A stretch of 64,000 bases of DNA, from the IMG/VR virus record IMGVR_UViG_3300033555_000001, positions 1 through 64,000 of that record, one strand, 5' to 3'. The DNA comes from a virus. Lineage: Duplodnaviria; Caudoviricetes. The notes beneath the pieces are model-generated. The model was not told the origin of the DNA, ran no database searches, and saw only the letters and a list, made by a program, of their open reading frames with translations. The position numbers and the translations under genes were made by a program. Positions 16,611-26,816 of this stretch are shown here, piece after piece (positions within the stretch are counted from its first letter, which is position 1; every line of letters starts with the position of its first letter).

Positions 16611-17264
16611 ATGAAACCGCAACAAAAACGGAATGCAGTTTACGCAGTGCTAGGTGTTCTAACACTGGTAGTGATTGTTGCGCTTGGAGTTAAACTTTAC
16701 CGAGATAAGGGTACTCTTAACACAACCGGCGAATTAAGCACCGCTTCAAAAGAGCAGCTAAAAGAAGAAGTTTCTGATACTAAACACGTGTTTGGCGCCT
16801 ATGTGGTCAGAATCAGCAAGTCTTCAAAAGACAACCCTATATTATGGTCGGGTTCCACTAATCCGGAGTTTAAAAGAATTACTGAGAATTTTTTAAAAAC
16901 AACAGGCGGAACTGGAGTTGGAGCACAGTATTTTGAACCAACAACCGGTAACTCTAATTTAATTTCACAGGCAATTTCAAAAGGTCAAATTGCCTGTGAT
17001 CGAATTGAAAATTCAGCTTTACCAGCTGCTATACCAGAGATCACAAAGTACGCTAAAACCGTGTGCTTTGGACCGCTTCCGCCGTTTGACACGGACTCAA
17101 GAGAGATAATTATAGTTTTACTTGACGTGCCAAAGGAAAGCTTGAATGCCCAGGTACTCAGAAAAGAAATTTTGCGGATCCAATTAGAAGTATATCACCG
17201 CGAATATCTTAATCAAGAGATCTGGTTTGAAAAAGTAATTAACCCACCAGGAGTAAAATCATGA
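16611..17264 (+). CDS. Holin T-like paralog 3 (divergent)
   Basis: N-terminal TM, IAC...VCFGPLPP, C-terminal helix; TATAAATAG at 16539. Confidence 0.45.
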   Translation: MKPQQKRNAVYAVLGVLTLVVIVALGVKLYRDKGTLNTTGELSTASKEQLKEEVSDTKHVFGAYVVRISKSSKDNPILWSGSTNPEFKRITENFLKTTGGTGVGAQYFEPTTGNSNLISQAISKGQIACDRIENSALPAAIPEITKYAKTVCFGPLPPFDTDSREIIIVLLDVPKESLNAQVLRKEILRIQLEVYHREYLNQEIWFEKVINPPGVKS

Positions 17265-18139
17265 AGAAAACAGTCCTAGCACTAGCAATTCTTGCAGCAA
17301 GCACCGCAGCCTCGGCTCAGATATCGTTTACTATTTCCGATACCGGTTATGGTCGTATCACCCTTGGCGAAAGCGTTCAGCCTGACGTGGTCTATCAGGA
17401 ACCGCGTACCGTGTATCAAACCTATCAGAATTACGAGCCAGTCTATGTCCGTGTTCCGGTTCAGCAACAACAGAACTGGTCCAGGTATTGTGCATCGTAC
17501 AACCTGTGCAATCGCCCAGTCTATTTTGTGCAAGAGTCTTGGTACCAATCTGAAACTCGCAATAACGACGACTTTGAAGAGCGCCGTGAAGAAGCACGCG
17601 CAGAAGCACGCGCCGAGCGCCGTAGGTTGCAGGAAGAAGCACGTGAAGCGCGCGAAAATCGCAAAGACTACCGCCGCGATGAACGCTATGGCCACCGCGA
17701 TGAAGTAGACTACAAAACTCGTTGGGTTCATGCAGCAAACGAGGGTCAGTCTTTCACGTTAAACGGAACAGCTACTGTACGTTATGGTGCTAACGGCAAG
17801 TTCGTACAAAAGAACGTCACGAATGCCGGTGCCTGCACCAACGCGTTCTTTGGCAGCGATCCAGCACCAAATGTTCGTAAAGAATGTGATGTGCTTACCC
17901 GCGATAACCATGACAGCCGCCATGACGACTACAGAACTCGTTGGGTTTTTGAGGCAAACGAGGGTCAGTCTTTCACGTTAAACGGAACAGCTACTGTACG
18001 TTATGGTGCTAACGGCAAGTTCGTACAAAAGAACGTCACGAATGCCGGTGCCTGCACAAACGCGTTCTTTGGCCGTGATCCAGCGCCAAATGTTCGTAAA
18101 CAGTGCGATGTTCTTACCCGTTACACACGCAGTAACTAA
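17261..18139 (+). CDS. Secreted protein with two tandem lectin-like beta repeats
   Basis: Signal peptide; WSRYCASYNLCNRPVYFV segment; two near-identical ANEGQSF...CTNAFFG.DPAPNVRKxC repeats. Confidence 0.7.
   Translation: MKKTVLALAILAASTAASAQISFTISDTGYGRITLGESVQPDVVYQEPRTVYQTYQNYEPVYVRVPVQQQQNWSRYCASYNLCNRPVYFVQESWYQSETRNNDDFEERREEARAEARAERRRLQEEAREARENRKDYRRDERYGHRDEVDYKTRWVHAANEGQSFTLNGTATVRYGANGKFVQKNVTNAGACTNAFFGSDPAPNVRKECDVLTRDNHDSRHDDYRTRWVFEANEGQSFTLNGTATVRYGANGKFVQKNVTNAGACTNAFFGRDPAPNVRKQCDVLTRYTRSN
17708..18120 (+). repeat. Intragenic tandem duplication, period 219 nt
   Basis: 17708-17901 and 17927-18120 are nearly identical at DNA level. Confidence 0.9.
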
Positions 18140-18172
18140 TCGCGGGGTCTAATAGACCCCTGGAAGTAACAC

Positions 18173-18200
18173 GGCCCCTTAACTGGGGCCTTTTTGTTTT
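18173..18200 (+). terminator. Intrinsic terminator
   Basis: GGCCCC/GGGGCC hairpin followed by TTTTTGTTTT. Confidence 0.75.
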
Positions 18201-18248
18201 CCTACGAAAATACACGATAAATAGGCTATCTGTCATACAAAGGAAAAC

Positions 18249-18737
18249 ATGAACACTATTCTACGGGCAATGATCAAGCCCTTTTTAATTTCAACACTAT
18301 TCTTATTCTCTTTGCTTGGGGTAGTGTTTGTGATTGGTCGCATGATTGGCTATGATGCGGTACCACCAGTGCAAGTACTCTACGCTGCCACTGATGTCAC
18401 ATGGTTAATCCAGGCCAGAGCCGCGGTGCACAGTACTGTTACTGTTACCCTAGTGCTAATGGGCATGGTGCTTTTGGCTTCTGCAAAAGTTCAAAGATTC
18501 ACATATGGCCGCCGTACACTTGGAATGACCGCGGTTGGATATATGCTGCTGACTACGGCCGCGTGGAACATGACTGTTGTAGGTTTAATTGTTTACGGCG
18601 GGCCATGGCACTTGATGAGTTTTATTATAGGATTTATTGAAGCCGTTATGGTGACAACTGCTGTGCTAATTATATGTCGTGCAGAATTGCTTAAGAGATC
18701 CGTGCGTGGAGAAAATCGTGAACAGCAGATTCGCTAA
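18249..18737 (+). CDS. Multi-pass membrane protein (about 4 TM)
   Basis: Hydrophobic segments; TAAATAG at 18218; AGGA RBS. Confidence 0.65.
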   Translation: MNTILRAMIKPFLISTLFLFSLLGVVFVIGRMIGYDAVPPVQVLYAATDVTWLIQARAAVHSTVTVTLVLMGMVLLASAKVQRFTYGRRTLGMTAVGYMLLTTAAWNMTVVGLIVYGGPWHLMSFIIGFIEAVMVTTAVLIICRAELLKRSVRGENREQQIR

Positions 18738-19317
18738 ACCATTCTTGATTGCTCTCGCCATAGTGCTCACGGTCATGTTTGCATTTACAGCGCTGTTTTC
18801 AGCTGAGAAATTAAAAAAACTAGACTATGTAAACACTGGATTTTCAAATCAGCTGCACCCGCAGACCATTAGATCCATTGAGGATTACTCTCAGCGGTAT
18901 CCGTTTATTGGCGCTATTTCGTTAATTGGGTTTGACTTTCAGAAAAATACCAGACTCCCAGTGTTTACAATAATTCCAAACGCCCAAATCAAGGAAATAG
19001 TTTCAAAGTATCCTGCTGGTGCCGACATTGCGCCAATTTTTACCAGTGATAAAAAGCAAAACGACGCAATGTCCGCGCTCTTAAACGGTGAATTTGCGTG
19101 CGTAGGCAGCAAAGCAGGTGCATTCTCACGGATCTTTAAATTGCAAGATATACTAACCACGTCCTGCAGAATTCCTATTTTACCGGCAAGTGGGCGCATG
19201 ATTGGTTATCTTGCCGTGCACCTCACAAAAACTCCGACGCCAGCTGAATTAAAGCAAATTGAAGCTGATACTAAAACTATCGCGGCCAGCATTTACTATG
19301 GAGAAGTTGTGCCATAA
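18718..19317 (+). CDS. Holin T-like paralog 4
   Basis: GGAG then GTG start; TM segment; FAC...SCRIPILP...GYLAV...IAASIY. Confidence 0.5.
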   Translation: MNSRFAKPFLIALAIVLTVMFAFTALFSAEKLKKLDYVNTGFSNQLHPQTIRSIEDYSQRYPFIGAISLIGFDFQKNTRLPVFTIIPNAQIKEIVSKYPAGADIAPIFTSDKKQNDAMSALLNGEFACVGSKAGAFSRIFKLQDILTTSCRIPILPASGRMIGYLAVHLTKTPTPAELKQIEADTKTIAASIYYGEVVP

Positions 19318-19463
19318 CTGTTAAACACTGTAACGCACTGTAACGCACTCGTGGGTCTGCACTGTTACAAGTTCAGACCCACGGTGGTATTCCGTTACAC
19401 TTTAGTTTACCACGATCCTGAAAACATGATATTATGTCTCTACTCCACCAGCCAAGAGATTAA

Positions 19464-19676
19464 ATGAATACCGCGCAAATAGCACTTCTCTCAAAAGCAA
19501 CTGAACAAGTTAATTCAAATCAGGAACTTGCATTCTTTGCACTCGAAGCAGAGTTTCGCGCGAATGGACCTTTTCATACTGCAAAAAAGTATGACTGTCT
19601 AGTGAATAATAGCGGTGAAGAGTTTGCGATTGCCGTCATGAGTATGCAGAATTCTATCGTGCCAAGGAGCTACTAA
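19464..19676 (+). CDS. Hypothetical early protein
   Basis: Follows the repeated promoter cassette at about 19393-19442. Confidence 0.5.
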   Translation: MNTAQIALLSKATEQVNSNQELAFFALEAEFRANGPFHTAKKYDCLVNNSGEEFAIAVMSMQNSIVPRSY

Positions 19677-19677
19677 G

Positions 19678-19986
19678 ATGGGCTATAAATCTATCGCGGT
19701 TATCGATCACGACGTGCTGCAAGAGGCACTCAATAATCCAGAAGAATTTGTCAAGCGTTTATTTACCGCGTGTTTGGCGCAGGGTAAATCTAAATCTGTT
19801 TCAGTAGCCGGCTGCACACCTGCAATTGTATTATGGACTGGTCCCGCTGATCAAACTCCTGTTCTGCGTTTTGAAGATTTTAACTGCGAGCAAGCAACTG
19901 GTGCAGTACTCGACGCGTATGAAACGGCTCTTGCAAAACGCGGGCGTGCTGAACAGGCTAAAAAGAAAACCTTAGGTTACGACTAA
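19678..19986 (+). CDS. Hypothetical protein
   Basis: 102 aa, tightly packed. Confidence 0.55.
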   Translation: MGYKSIAVIDHDVLQEALNNPEEFVKRLFTACLAQGKSKSVSVAGCTPAIVLWTGPADQTPVLRFEDFNCEQATGAVLDAYETALAKRGRAEQAKKKTLGYD

Positions 19987-20068
19987 GCAAGCCGTTACAG
20001 TTTAATTTACCACGATCCTGAAAAAGGTGATATTATGTCTCTACTGACTAAACGTGCTAAGAGAAAAT

Positions 20069-20350
20069 ATGACTGCTAATTCATTTCCTAATTTACGTAA
20101 AACAGTACATATTCATGCGCACTTTACGGCACAGGATTGGAGTTTGTCCGGCTCCGGTCTTCTAAACATTGCTGCACATATGCTAAATCGTCAACTTGAG
20201 CAGTTTGTTAACGCTGGTGGATATACCAAAAACGACGTTATGGAAAGAATGGTAACGTATATGAAAGAAGAACACTTGGAGTCTGAGGAAAATTATGCAG
20301 CGTGCACGCCATTTCTGAATAAAGTTCTTGATGAAATTTACGGAGAATAA
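20069..20350 (+). CDS. Hypothetical early protein
   Basis: Follows the second copy of the promoter cassette at about 19993-20044. Confidence 0.5.
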   Translation: MTANSFPNLRKTVHIHAHFTAQDWSLSGSGLLNIAAHMLNRQLEQFVNAGGYTKNDVMERMVTYMKEEHLESEENYAACTPFLNKVLDEIYGE

Positions 20351-20351
20351 T

Positions 20352-20591
20352 ATGACTATTCACTATGACTTGCTTGGCACTCACCCAGAGCTAGATGATG
20401 TTCAAGTACAAGAAGCAGTAACGCACTTGGGTCTGGCAATGGCTTCGCACTCCTCCGCGGTCAAAGATTTTGCCGATCGGCTCTTAAACATTATCAAGCA
20501 CCACTACGGCTTGCTGCTCGAAGATTTTAATTCTCTTGGCGCTCTTCTAGACGCGGTTGAAAGTGTAGAACAGGCAAACGCTGTTCGCTGA
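20352..20591 (+). CDS. Hypothetical protein
   Basis: GGAG RBS. Confidence 0.55.
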   Translation: MTIHYDLLGTHPELDDVQVQEAVTHLGLAMASHSSAVKDFADRLLNIIKHHYGLLLEDFNSLGALLDAVESVEQANAVR

Positions 20592-20629
20592 GAAGCGTGA
20601 TATAATTTAAAAAACTGCCAGGAAAAACT

Positions 20630-20923
20630 ATGAGCTTTGATAAAGACATGACGTACCTTCAATCCCTGAAATTTGTAACTCTGGGTATTATTAGAAGTCC
20701 TCTCACTGTTGATGAACTGTATGAGCTAAAAGAAGCTGCAACAACAGTTTTTTATTTGGTGTTTGCCGCGCTCTTCAGAATAGCGTGCTTGATTGCACTG
20801 CCAATCACAGCCCCGCTGTTTACTCTGCTGATTATGCAAGAGCGCCGAAAGGCCGCCAAACAAACTGATTTTAATTCTGCTAAAGAACAGCGCGCGGCAT
20901 TTAGAATAAATCGCGATGACTGA
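20630..20923 (+). CDS. Membrane protein
   Basis: Central hydrophobic stretch. Confidence 0.55.
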   Translation: MSFDKDMTYLQSLKFVTLGIIRSPLTVDELYELKEAATTVFYLVFAALFRIACLIALPITAPLFTLLIMQERRKAAKQTDFNSAKEQRAAFRINRDD

Positions 20924-21578
20924 GCTCAACAGGTTCCAACGACTGCTCATCTCTGCCCGGTACTGGTTGCTGGGCATCGCTGAAACTGACTCGCAGTACT
21001 TCAAAGTCCTTGAAGCACTGGAGTTCAGCCGCGAGCATCACAATGGCGAACGCAACGGCGGCGATCCGGAATTTATCCATCAGCTGGGTATTTTCCATCA
21101 TATTCGTACGCTGCACCGGCACCTGAAGAATCCACTCGTTGTGTACACGCTTATTTTCCTACATGACGCAGTTGAAGACAAGAACAAAAGTACTGGTGAG
21201 TTTATCTCGCTGACCGAGATTGGCGCCAGATTTGGCCCAATTATTGAGGCCAAGGTTAAAAAGCTTTCCAAAGAAATTTTAGGTCAAAAGAACAGTGAGT
21301 ATTCGTTAGACGTAATTTTTGATGATGAGGACTGTGGGCCAGCCAAAGGTGGTGATCGAGTTAACAACGTATCAAGTATGGTTGGCGTGTTCAAACCTGA
21401 TCGCTTAGAGCGTTATGTAAAAGAAACTGCTGATGAATTTCTGCCACGCTTGAAAAAAGCTCGGCGAAAGTTTCCACACCAAGAAGCCGTATATGAAAAC
21501 ATTAAGCTTGAGCTAATTAATCACTTACAACTTATTGCACACATTACCGGCACGCCAGAACATGAAGCTATTCAGTAA
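20916..21578 (+). CDS. HD-domain hydrolase, SpoT/Mesh1-like (p)ppGpp hydrolase family
   Basis: H.G..R..G.P...H, LHDAVED, V..LSK, K..DR..N motifs. Confidence 0.7.
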   Translation: MTELNRFQRLLISARYWLLGIAETDSQYFKVLEALEFSREHHNGERNGGDPEFIHQLGIFHHIRTLHRHLKNPLVVYTLIFLHDAVEDKNKSTGEFISLTEIGARFGPIIEAKVKKLSKEILGQKNSEYSLDVIFDDEDCGPAKGGDRVNNVSSMVGVFKPDRLERYVKETADEFLPRLKKARRKFPHQEAVYENIKLELINHLQLIAHITGTPEHEAIQ

Positions 21579-21831
21579 GCTCAATGCGTGGTACAGCAAT
21601 TTAGAGCAGCCATACCGGGCCATGCTTTTTATAATTCAGCTGTACGGAGCATTTATTGTTTTTAGATTTGGCGCTATTTTTTGGCTGCGCGTGCCAATGA
21701 CACTCGGCCTGATTGGTTTTTTAATATTGTTTTTGCTGAGCATTTCACGGTGGCTCAGCGGATACGGGCTTACTATGCTTGCAGCAACTGCTGGCGTGCT
21801 CACATATACTGCGTACATAACACTGTGCTAA
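21562..21831 (+). CDS. Membrane protein
   Basis: About three hydrophobic helices. Confidence 0.55.
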   Translation: MKLFSKLNAWYSNLEQPYRAMLFIIQLYGAFIVFRFGAIFWLRVPMTLGLIGFLILFLLSISRWLSGYGLTMLAATAGVLTYTAYITLC

Positions 21832-21858
21832 TCTTGCGCTGAAAATCAGGTAAATTAA

Positions 21859-22404
21859 ATGATTAAACTAATTACTGCGGTGGACGCCACCAACGCAATC
21901 GGTAACGCGGATGGTTCGCTGCCCTGGCAGCTCTCGCACGATCTTGCAATTTTTAAACAGAAAACTCTTGGTTCTACCGTGTTAATGGGCCGCAAAACCT
22001 TTGAGTCCCTGAACCGACCCGCGGGCCTGCCGGGCAGAACAAACATTGTTTTAAGCTCTTCACAAACACGGTTTACTGAAATTCAAGGGGTTAAATTTGC
22101 ACGCGGATTTGATCAGCTGCCAGCTGTAGATGGTGATCTCTGGATCATTGGTGGTGCTGCCGTGTACGCCCAGGTACTTGATCGCGGAATTGTTGATGAG
22201 CTACATGTTACGGAGGTTCACACTAACTCGGGTGCCAGCGTTCATTTTCCAGTTCAACTTTACAACACTCAAGAATTCGTAGCCAACCAGGCAAAGCTAG
22301 GGATTATTTGGGTGCTTACTAATATTCACCAGCCGACTGTATCGCACATTGGAATTACAATTAAAGTTTACAAGAGAGACCGCCGTGGCATCCCCGTACT
22401 TTGA
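21859..22404 (+). CDS. folA: Dihydrofolate reductase
   Basis: AIGN.G.LPW.L..DL..FK, MGRKTFESL, LPGRTNIVLS, WIIGGA.VY. Confidence 0.92.
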   Translation: MIKLITAVDATNAIGNADGSLPWQLSHDLAIFKQKTLGSTVLMGRKTFESLNRPAGLPGRTNIVLSSSQTRFTEIQGVKFARGFDQLPAVDGDLWIIGGAAVYAQVLDRGIVDELHVTEVHTNSGASVHFPVQLYNTQEFVANQAKLGIIWVLTNIHQPTVSHIGITIKVYKRDRRGIPVL

Positions 22405-22609
22405 GTACTCCAAAATAATTTGTAACGGTTCTGCCCTAAGAGTGCGAATTGGCAGCGAACTGTGGTATGATACACTTCAGGCTGGAAACAAGCAGAAACA
22501 AATTTTTAGCTTTAACGTGCTAGAAGAACAAACTGCTCCGCCAGGAATGAAAAAGCTTAGAGCATACACGGTTATAATTTTATGGTTTTGTTTATCAATT
22601 TGCTTTTAA
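22349..22609 (+). CDS. Hypothetical protein with C-terminal TM (start uncertain)
   Basis: Fills the gap between DHFR and the bactofilin gene. Confidence 0.4.
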   Translation: MELQLKFTRETAVASPYFEYSKIICNGSALRVRIGSELWYDTLQAGNKQKQIFSFNVLEEQTAPPGMKKLRAYTVIILWFCLSICF

Positions 22610-22616
22610 GAGAAAA

Positions 22617-23015
22617 ATGAAAAATCCATTTAAAGATTCTGGTTTTGATACACTGATTGGCACTGGCACAATCATCATCGGAAATATGATGATTGAGCCG
22701 GGCTGCACTGCTGTTGTTGATGGTCGAATAGCCGGTGAATTAATCGCTGGAGGGGCAGATCTAGAAGATACCGGTAAAACAGTGCTTGTGGTACGGGGTA
22801 CGGTTGAAATGAGCAGCTCTATTCATGTACACAACGTAACCGTGAGTGGACATTTAAAATGTAAAACATTAATCGTGAACGGCCAGCTCTCGGTTAAAAA
22901 TGGCGCCAAGATCACCGCCGAAACTATCAAGTACCGAGCGCTGCACGTAGAATCGGGCGCGATTTTGCTGGGACAGATGATTCACCTTGATCATGTGCAG
23001 TCTGTTTCAGAATGA
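22617..23015 (+). CDS. Bactofilin (polymer-forming cytoskeletal protein)
   Basis: TLIG.GT.I.G, VDG.I.G, V.G.L.V..GAKI...I.Y..L.VE.GA.L.G beta-helix pattern. Confidence 0.75.
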   Translation: MKNPFKDSGFDTLIGTGTIIIGNMMIEPGCTAVVDGRIAGELIAGGADLEDTGKTVLVVRGTVEMSSSIHVHNVTVSGHLKCKTLIVNGQLSVKNGAKITAETIKYRALHVESGAILLGQMIHLDHVQSVSE

Positions 23016-23118
23016 TTGCTATAGAGTCAGGATCAATCAAATAAACTTTACTGCGCCTCTCAGTTTAGTGTTATAGTAACCATGTACCACGAAATAACCA
23101 CCCAAAGGAGTTTCACAT

Positions 23119-25077
23119 ATGTCAGCACTTACATCTCTTGCTTCTAGCTTTGCTGCTAAGTTCGCAGCTCCAGAAGTAATTTCACTTGAAGCATATCTGG
23201 AAAAATGTTCTACAGATAAGATGGTGTTCGCAACTGCTGCTGAACGCATGGTTGCTTCGATCGGCGAGCCAGAAGTTGTCGATACCTCAGACGATCCTCG
23301 CTTGAGCCGCATTCACAGCAACAAAAAGATTCGTGTTTATTCTGCGTTTAAAGATTTCTACGGCGCAGAAGAAGCAATCGAGCGTTTAGTTGCGTACTTC
23401 CGCCACTCTGCTGCTGGGCTGGAAGAGTCAAAGCAAATCCTGTATCTCAAAGGACCAGTTGGCGGTGGTAAGTCCTCCATTGTCGAGCGCCTCAAAAGTC
23501 TGATGGAGAAGCATCCAATTTACGCGCTGTATGATGCCAGTGAAAAAGATCCTGAAATGCGGATCTCTCCAGTGTTTGAATCGCCGCTTGGCTTGTTTAA
23601 CCCGCACGATGCAGAGCACGCTGCAGTGTTGAATGAATCCAATATTCCACTGAACTATACTGGTCAAACAGTACTGAGCGGCTGGGCACTGAAAAAGCTT
23701 GAAGAGTTTGGCGGTGACATTACCAAGTTCAGTGTTGTAAAGCTCTTTCCAAATAAAGACACGCAAATCGGCGTGATGAAGGTTGAACCAGGCGACGAGA
23801 ACAACCAAGACGTCTCGGTGCTGATTGGTAAAACTGACCTGCGTAAACTCGAAAAGTACTCGCAGAATCACCCGTACGCCTACACATACTCAGGCGGTCT
23901 GAATCGCACAAACCAAGGTATGATGGATTTTGCCGAGATGTTTAAAGCAAACATCAAGACGCTGAATCCGCTGTTGATGGCGACTCAAGAGCGTAACTAC
24001 AACGGTACTGAGGCTATTCCAGCAATGCCGTACACTGGTATTATTTGCGCGCACTCTAACGAGAGCGAGTGGTTCGCATTTAAGAACAACAAAACTAACG
24101 AGGCTTTTCTTGATCGTGTGTACATTGTTGATGTGCCGTACTGCCTGCGCGTTGATGAAGAAATTAAGATTTACCAGAAAATGCTGAATGGTTCCAGCTT
24201 GCGCGACGCGCCTGTGGCTCCTGGTACTCTTAAGATGTTGGCACAGTGGATGGTACTTACGCGGTTGCGCGAGCCAGAGAACTCAACAATATATGGAAAG
24301 CTTCGTGTATACAACGGCGAAAACGTCAAGGACACCATGCCAAATGCCAAGCCGTACGAAGAGTACCGCGATGCAGCTGGGGTGAACGAGGGTATGAGCG
24401 GCATGAGTACGCGCTTTGCCTTTAAGGTGCTCTCATCGGTATTTGATTTGCGCCCTGAAGAAGTCCAGGCAAACCCGGTTGATCTGATGTTTGCGATTGA
24501 AGAAGCCATTAAGAAAGAAGCACTGCAAGAGGAAACACACAAAAAGTTCTTAAGCTTTATTAAAGATTGGCTCCATAAAGAGTACTTTAATTTCTTGGAA
24601 AAAGAGCTGCGTGCTGCGTATCTGGATAGCTTTAATAGCTTTGGGCAAAACATGTTTGAGCGCTATGTATTGTTTGCTGAAGCATGGATTAGCGATGAGC
24701 AGTGCCGCGATCCAGAAACACATACCTTGCTGAATCGTGAAAGTTTGAATCAGCGCCTGGAGGAGATTGAAAAACCAGCTGGTATTGTTAACGCAAAGGA
24801 TTTCCGCAATGAGATCGTTAACTATGTGCTGCGTTACAAGCACAAGCATGACGTGGCTCCAAAGTGGAATGAGTACGAAAAGATTAAGGTTGTGCTTGAA
24901 AAGCGGATGTTTAGTGCTACTGAAAACATCATGCCTGTTATCTCCTTTGGCCAGAAGCAGGACAAAGAGACTGAAGAAAAGCACGGTAAGTTCCTTGATC
25001 GTATGGTAGAATCTGGTTATACAATTAGCCAGGTTAAAACCCTAGTGAGCTGGTGGAGTTCGAACAAAAAGAGCTAG
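23119..25077 (+). CDS. prkA: PrkA/YeaG AAA+ ATPase-like serine kinase
   Basis: ATAAERM...IGEP, LYLKGPVGGGKSS, PGDENNQDVS.LIGK.D, GMSTRFAFK motifs. Confidence 0.95.
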   Translation: MSALTSLASSFAAKFAAPEVISLEAYLEKCSTDKMVFATAAERMVASIGEPEVVDTSDDPRLSRIHSNKKIRVYSAFKDFYGAEEAIERLVAYFRHSAAGLEESKQILYLKGPVGGGKSSIVERLKSLMEKHPIYALYDASEKDPEMRISPVFESPLGLFNPHDAEHAAVLNESNIPLNYTGQTVLSGWALKKLEEFGGDITKFSVVKLFPNKDTQIGVMKVEPGDENNQDVSVLIGKTDLRKLEKYSQNHPYAYTYSGGLNRTNQGMMDFAEMFKANIKTLNPLLMATQERNYNGTEAIPAMPYTGIICAHSNESEWFAFKNNKTNEAFLDRVYIVDVPYCLRVDEEIKIYQKMLNGSSLRDAPVAPGTLKMLAQWMVLTRLREPENSTIYGKLRVYNGENVKDTMPNAKPYEEYRDAAGVNEGMSGMSTRFAFKVLSSVFDLRPEEVQANPVDLMFAIEEAIKKEALQEETHKKFLSFIKDWLHKEYFNFLEKELRAAYLDSFNSFGQNMFERYVLFAEAWISDEQCRDPETHTLLNRESLNQRLEEIEKPAGIVNAKDFRNEIVNYVLRYKHKHDVAPKWNEYEKIKVVLEKRMFSATENIMPVISFGQKQDKETEEKHGKFLDRMVESGYTISQVKTLVSWWSSNKKS

Positions 25078-25134
25078 CAATCCGGAATGATTCAGCAGGG
25101 TGAAAATCTTGCTGAATCTCTGTGAAAGAGCATA

Positions 25135-26808
25135 TTGAATCTACAAGAAAAAATTAACGCATATCTCAGGACCCCTAACGGGTCCTGGTCTCGTTCCAGA
25201 ATGGACTCCCCTGAAAATGCGGAATTGATTCAGGAAATACGCTTAAAATTTCCACTCCTTGATCTTGAAGAAGCAATTTGGCTGTGCCTGCAAAATGCTG
25301 ATCCAAGTACATGTCAAGAGTGTTCTGCACTTATTAAATTCAAATCGCTGCGCACGGGCTATGGTGGCAGATATTGCTCAATTAGCTGCTCGTCAAAAAA
25401 TACCTCGGCTCAGGCGCGCGTAACTAAACTTAAGAACGGAACTGACGGATCGTTTGGCTCAGTGAAGTTTAAACAGTCCATGGTTGACAAGTACGGAGTT
25501 TCAAACTCAGGCCAAAGCGCAGAGATTAAAACAAAAATAAAAGAAACGATGTTGGAGCGCCATGGGGTTTCCAGCGGGCTACAACTAGTGCAAGATAGAA
25601 GTGCTGCGCAGAGTTCAGCAGCAAAAATAAAAAGAGCTGTTACTAATCTAGAAAAGTACGGCACGGCTCATGCAATTTCTGCTGTGGTTACCAGAGAGAA
25701 ATCTGGTGCAACGCTGCTTAAAAACTACGGTGCAACTAACCCCATGCACTCCGTTCAGATTGTTGCCAAAATGTCCGGCGTAAAGTTAGAAAAGTACAGA
25801 GTGGCGCGGGTTGCTGCGCTCTCTTCAACCGTTGAGCTGATCAGCCCGGTGGGTGATTTAAAATCTAAAAATAGTATGCTTAGCTGGCGGTGCGTTCAGT
25901 GCTCTAATGAGCTCCAGAGCAATCTAGATGACGGAAAAACACCTCGCTGCATAATGTGTTATCCTCACCAGAAAACCGGATCAGCGCTGGAGAGCAAATT
26001 TTTAGATTTGATAAGCAGCGATTTAGGCCCCGTCAGAGTAAATGACCGCACACAACTCAGTCCACTGGAACTTGATTTTTACTGGCCAGAGAAAAATATG
26101 GCGGTTGAAATCAGCGGGTTGTACTGGCACAGCGAAAATGTCGGCGGTCGTGGTAATAAAGAGCTGTCTAAATTAGAGCAGTGCACTCAGAAAAACATAA
26201 GGCTGCTGACCTTTTACGAGGATGAAGTACTTGGCAAGGCGGCAATAGTGCGATCAATTGTGCTTGCAGCGGCCGGAGTTTTTAAAAGAAAGATTGCGGC
26301 CAGAAAAACCACCGTGCGAGAACTAACAGCGCAGGAATGTAGAGAGTTTATTGACTTAAATCATATTCAGGGTTATTCAGGTGGTTTCTTGAAATTGGGC
26401 CTTGAGCACCAGGGTGAACTGGTCGCGGCGTTGGTGATTGGAAAATCCAGATTTAAATCAAAGAGTCAGTACGAGCTTATTAGATTTTGCCAAAGTTTAG
26501 AAACTCAAATTGTTGGTGGATTTGCTAAGCTACTGGCAGCGGCAAAACGGCAGGTTTCTGGGACGTGCGTGAGCTATGCCGACCGCCGACTCTTTACTGG
26601 AGCGGCGTACTTGAGGCACGGCTTCGGGTTAGACTATTACACCTCTCCTGGTTTCTACTGGACTGACTATCGTGTTAGAATAAATCGTCAGCGTTTTCAG
26701 CGGCATAAGTTACCAGCAAATGAAAAGACTGCCGCACAAATAGTATTTGAGCGCGGATATGACCGGATTTGGGACTGTGGACAAGCAGTCTTTACAGGAA
26801 ACCTTTAA
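25135..26808 (+). mobile_element. Free-standing homing-endonuclease-like gene 1 (Zn finger, KYG repeats, Vsr/PD-(D/E)xK, GNAT-like C-terminus)
   Basis: CxxC clusters; ELDFY...AVEISGLYWHSE; NHIQG...ELIRFC...GGFAKL...SYADRR. Confidence 0.7.
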
Positions 26809-26816
26809 GGAATAAA

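Noticed and set aside
17708-18120. Repeat as CRISPR array or DGR template/variable repeat
   Set aside because: Two in-frame protein-domain copies, no spacers, differences not adenine-specific, no reverse transcriptase.
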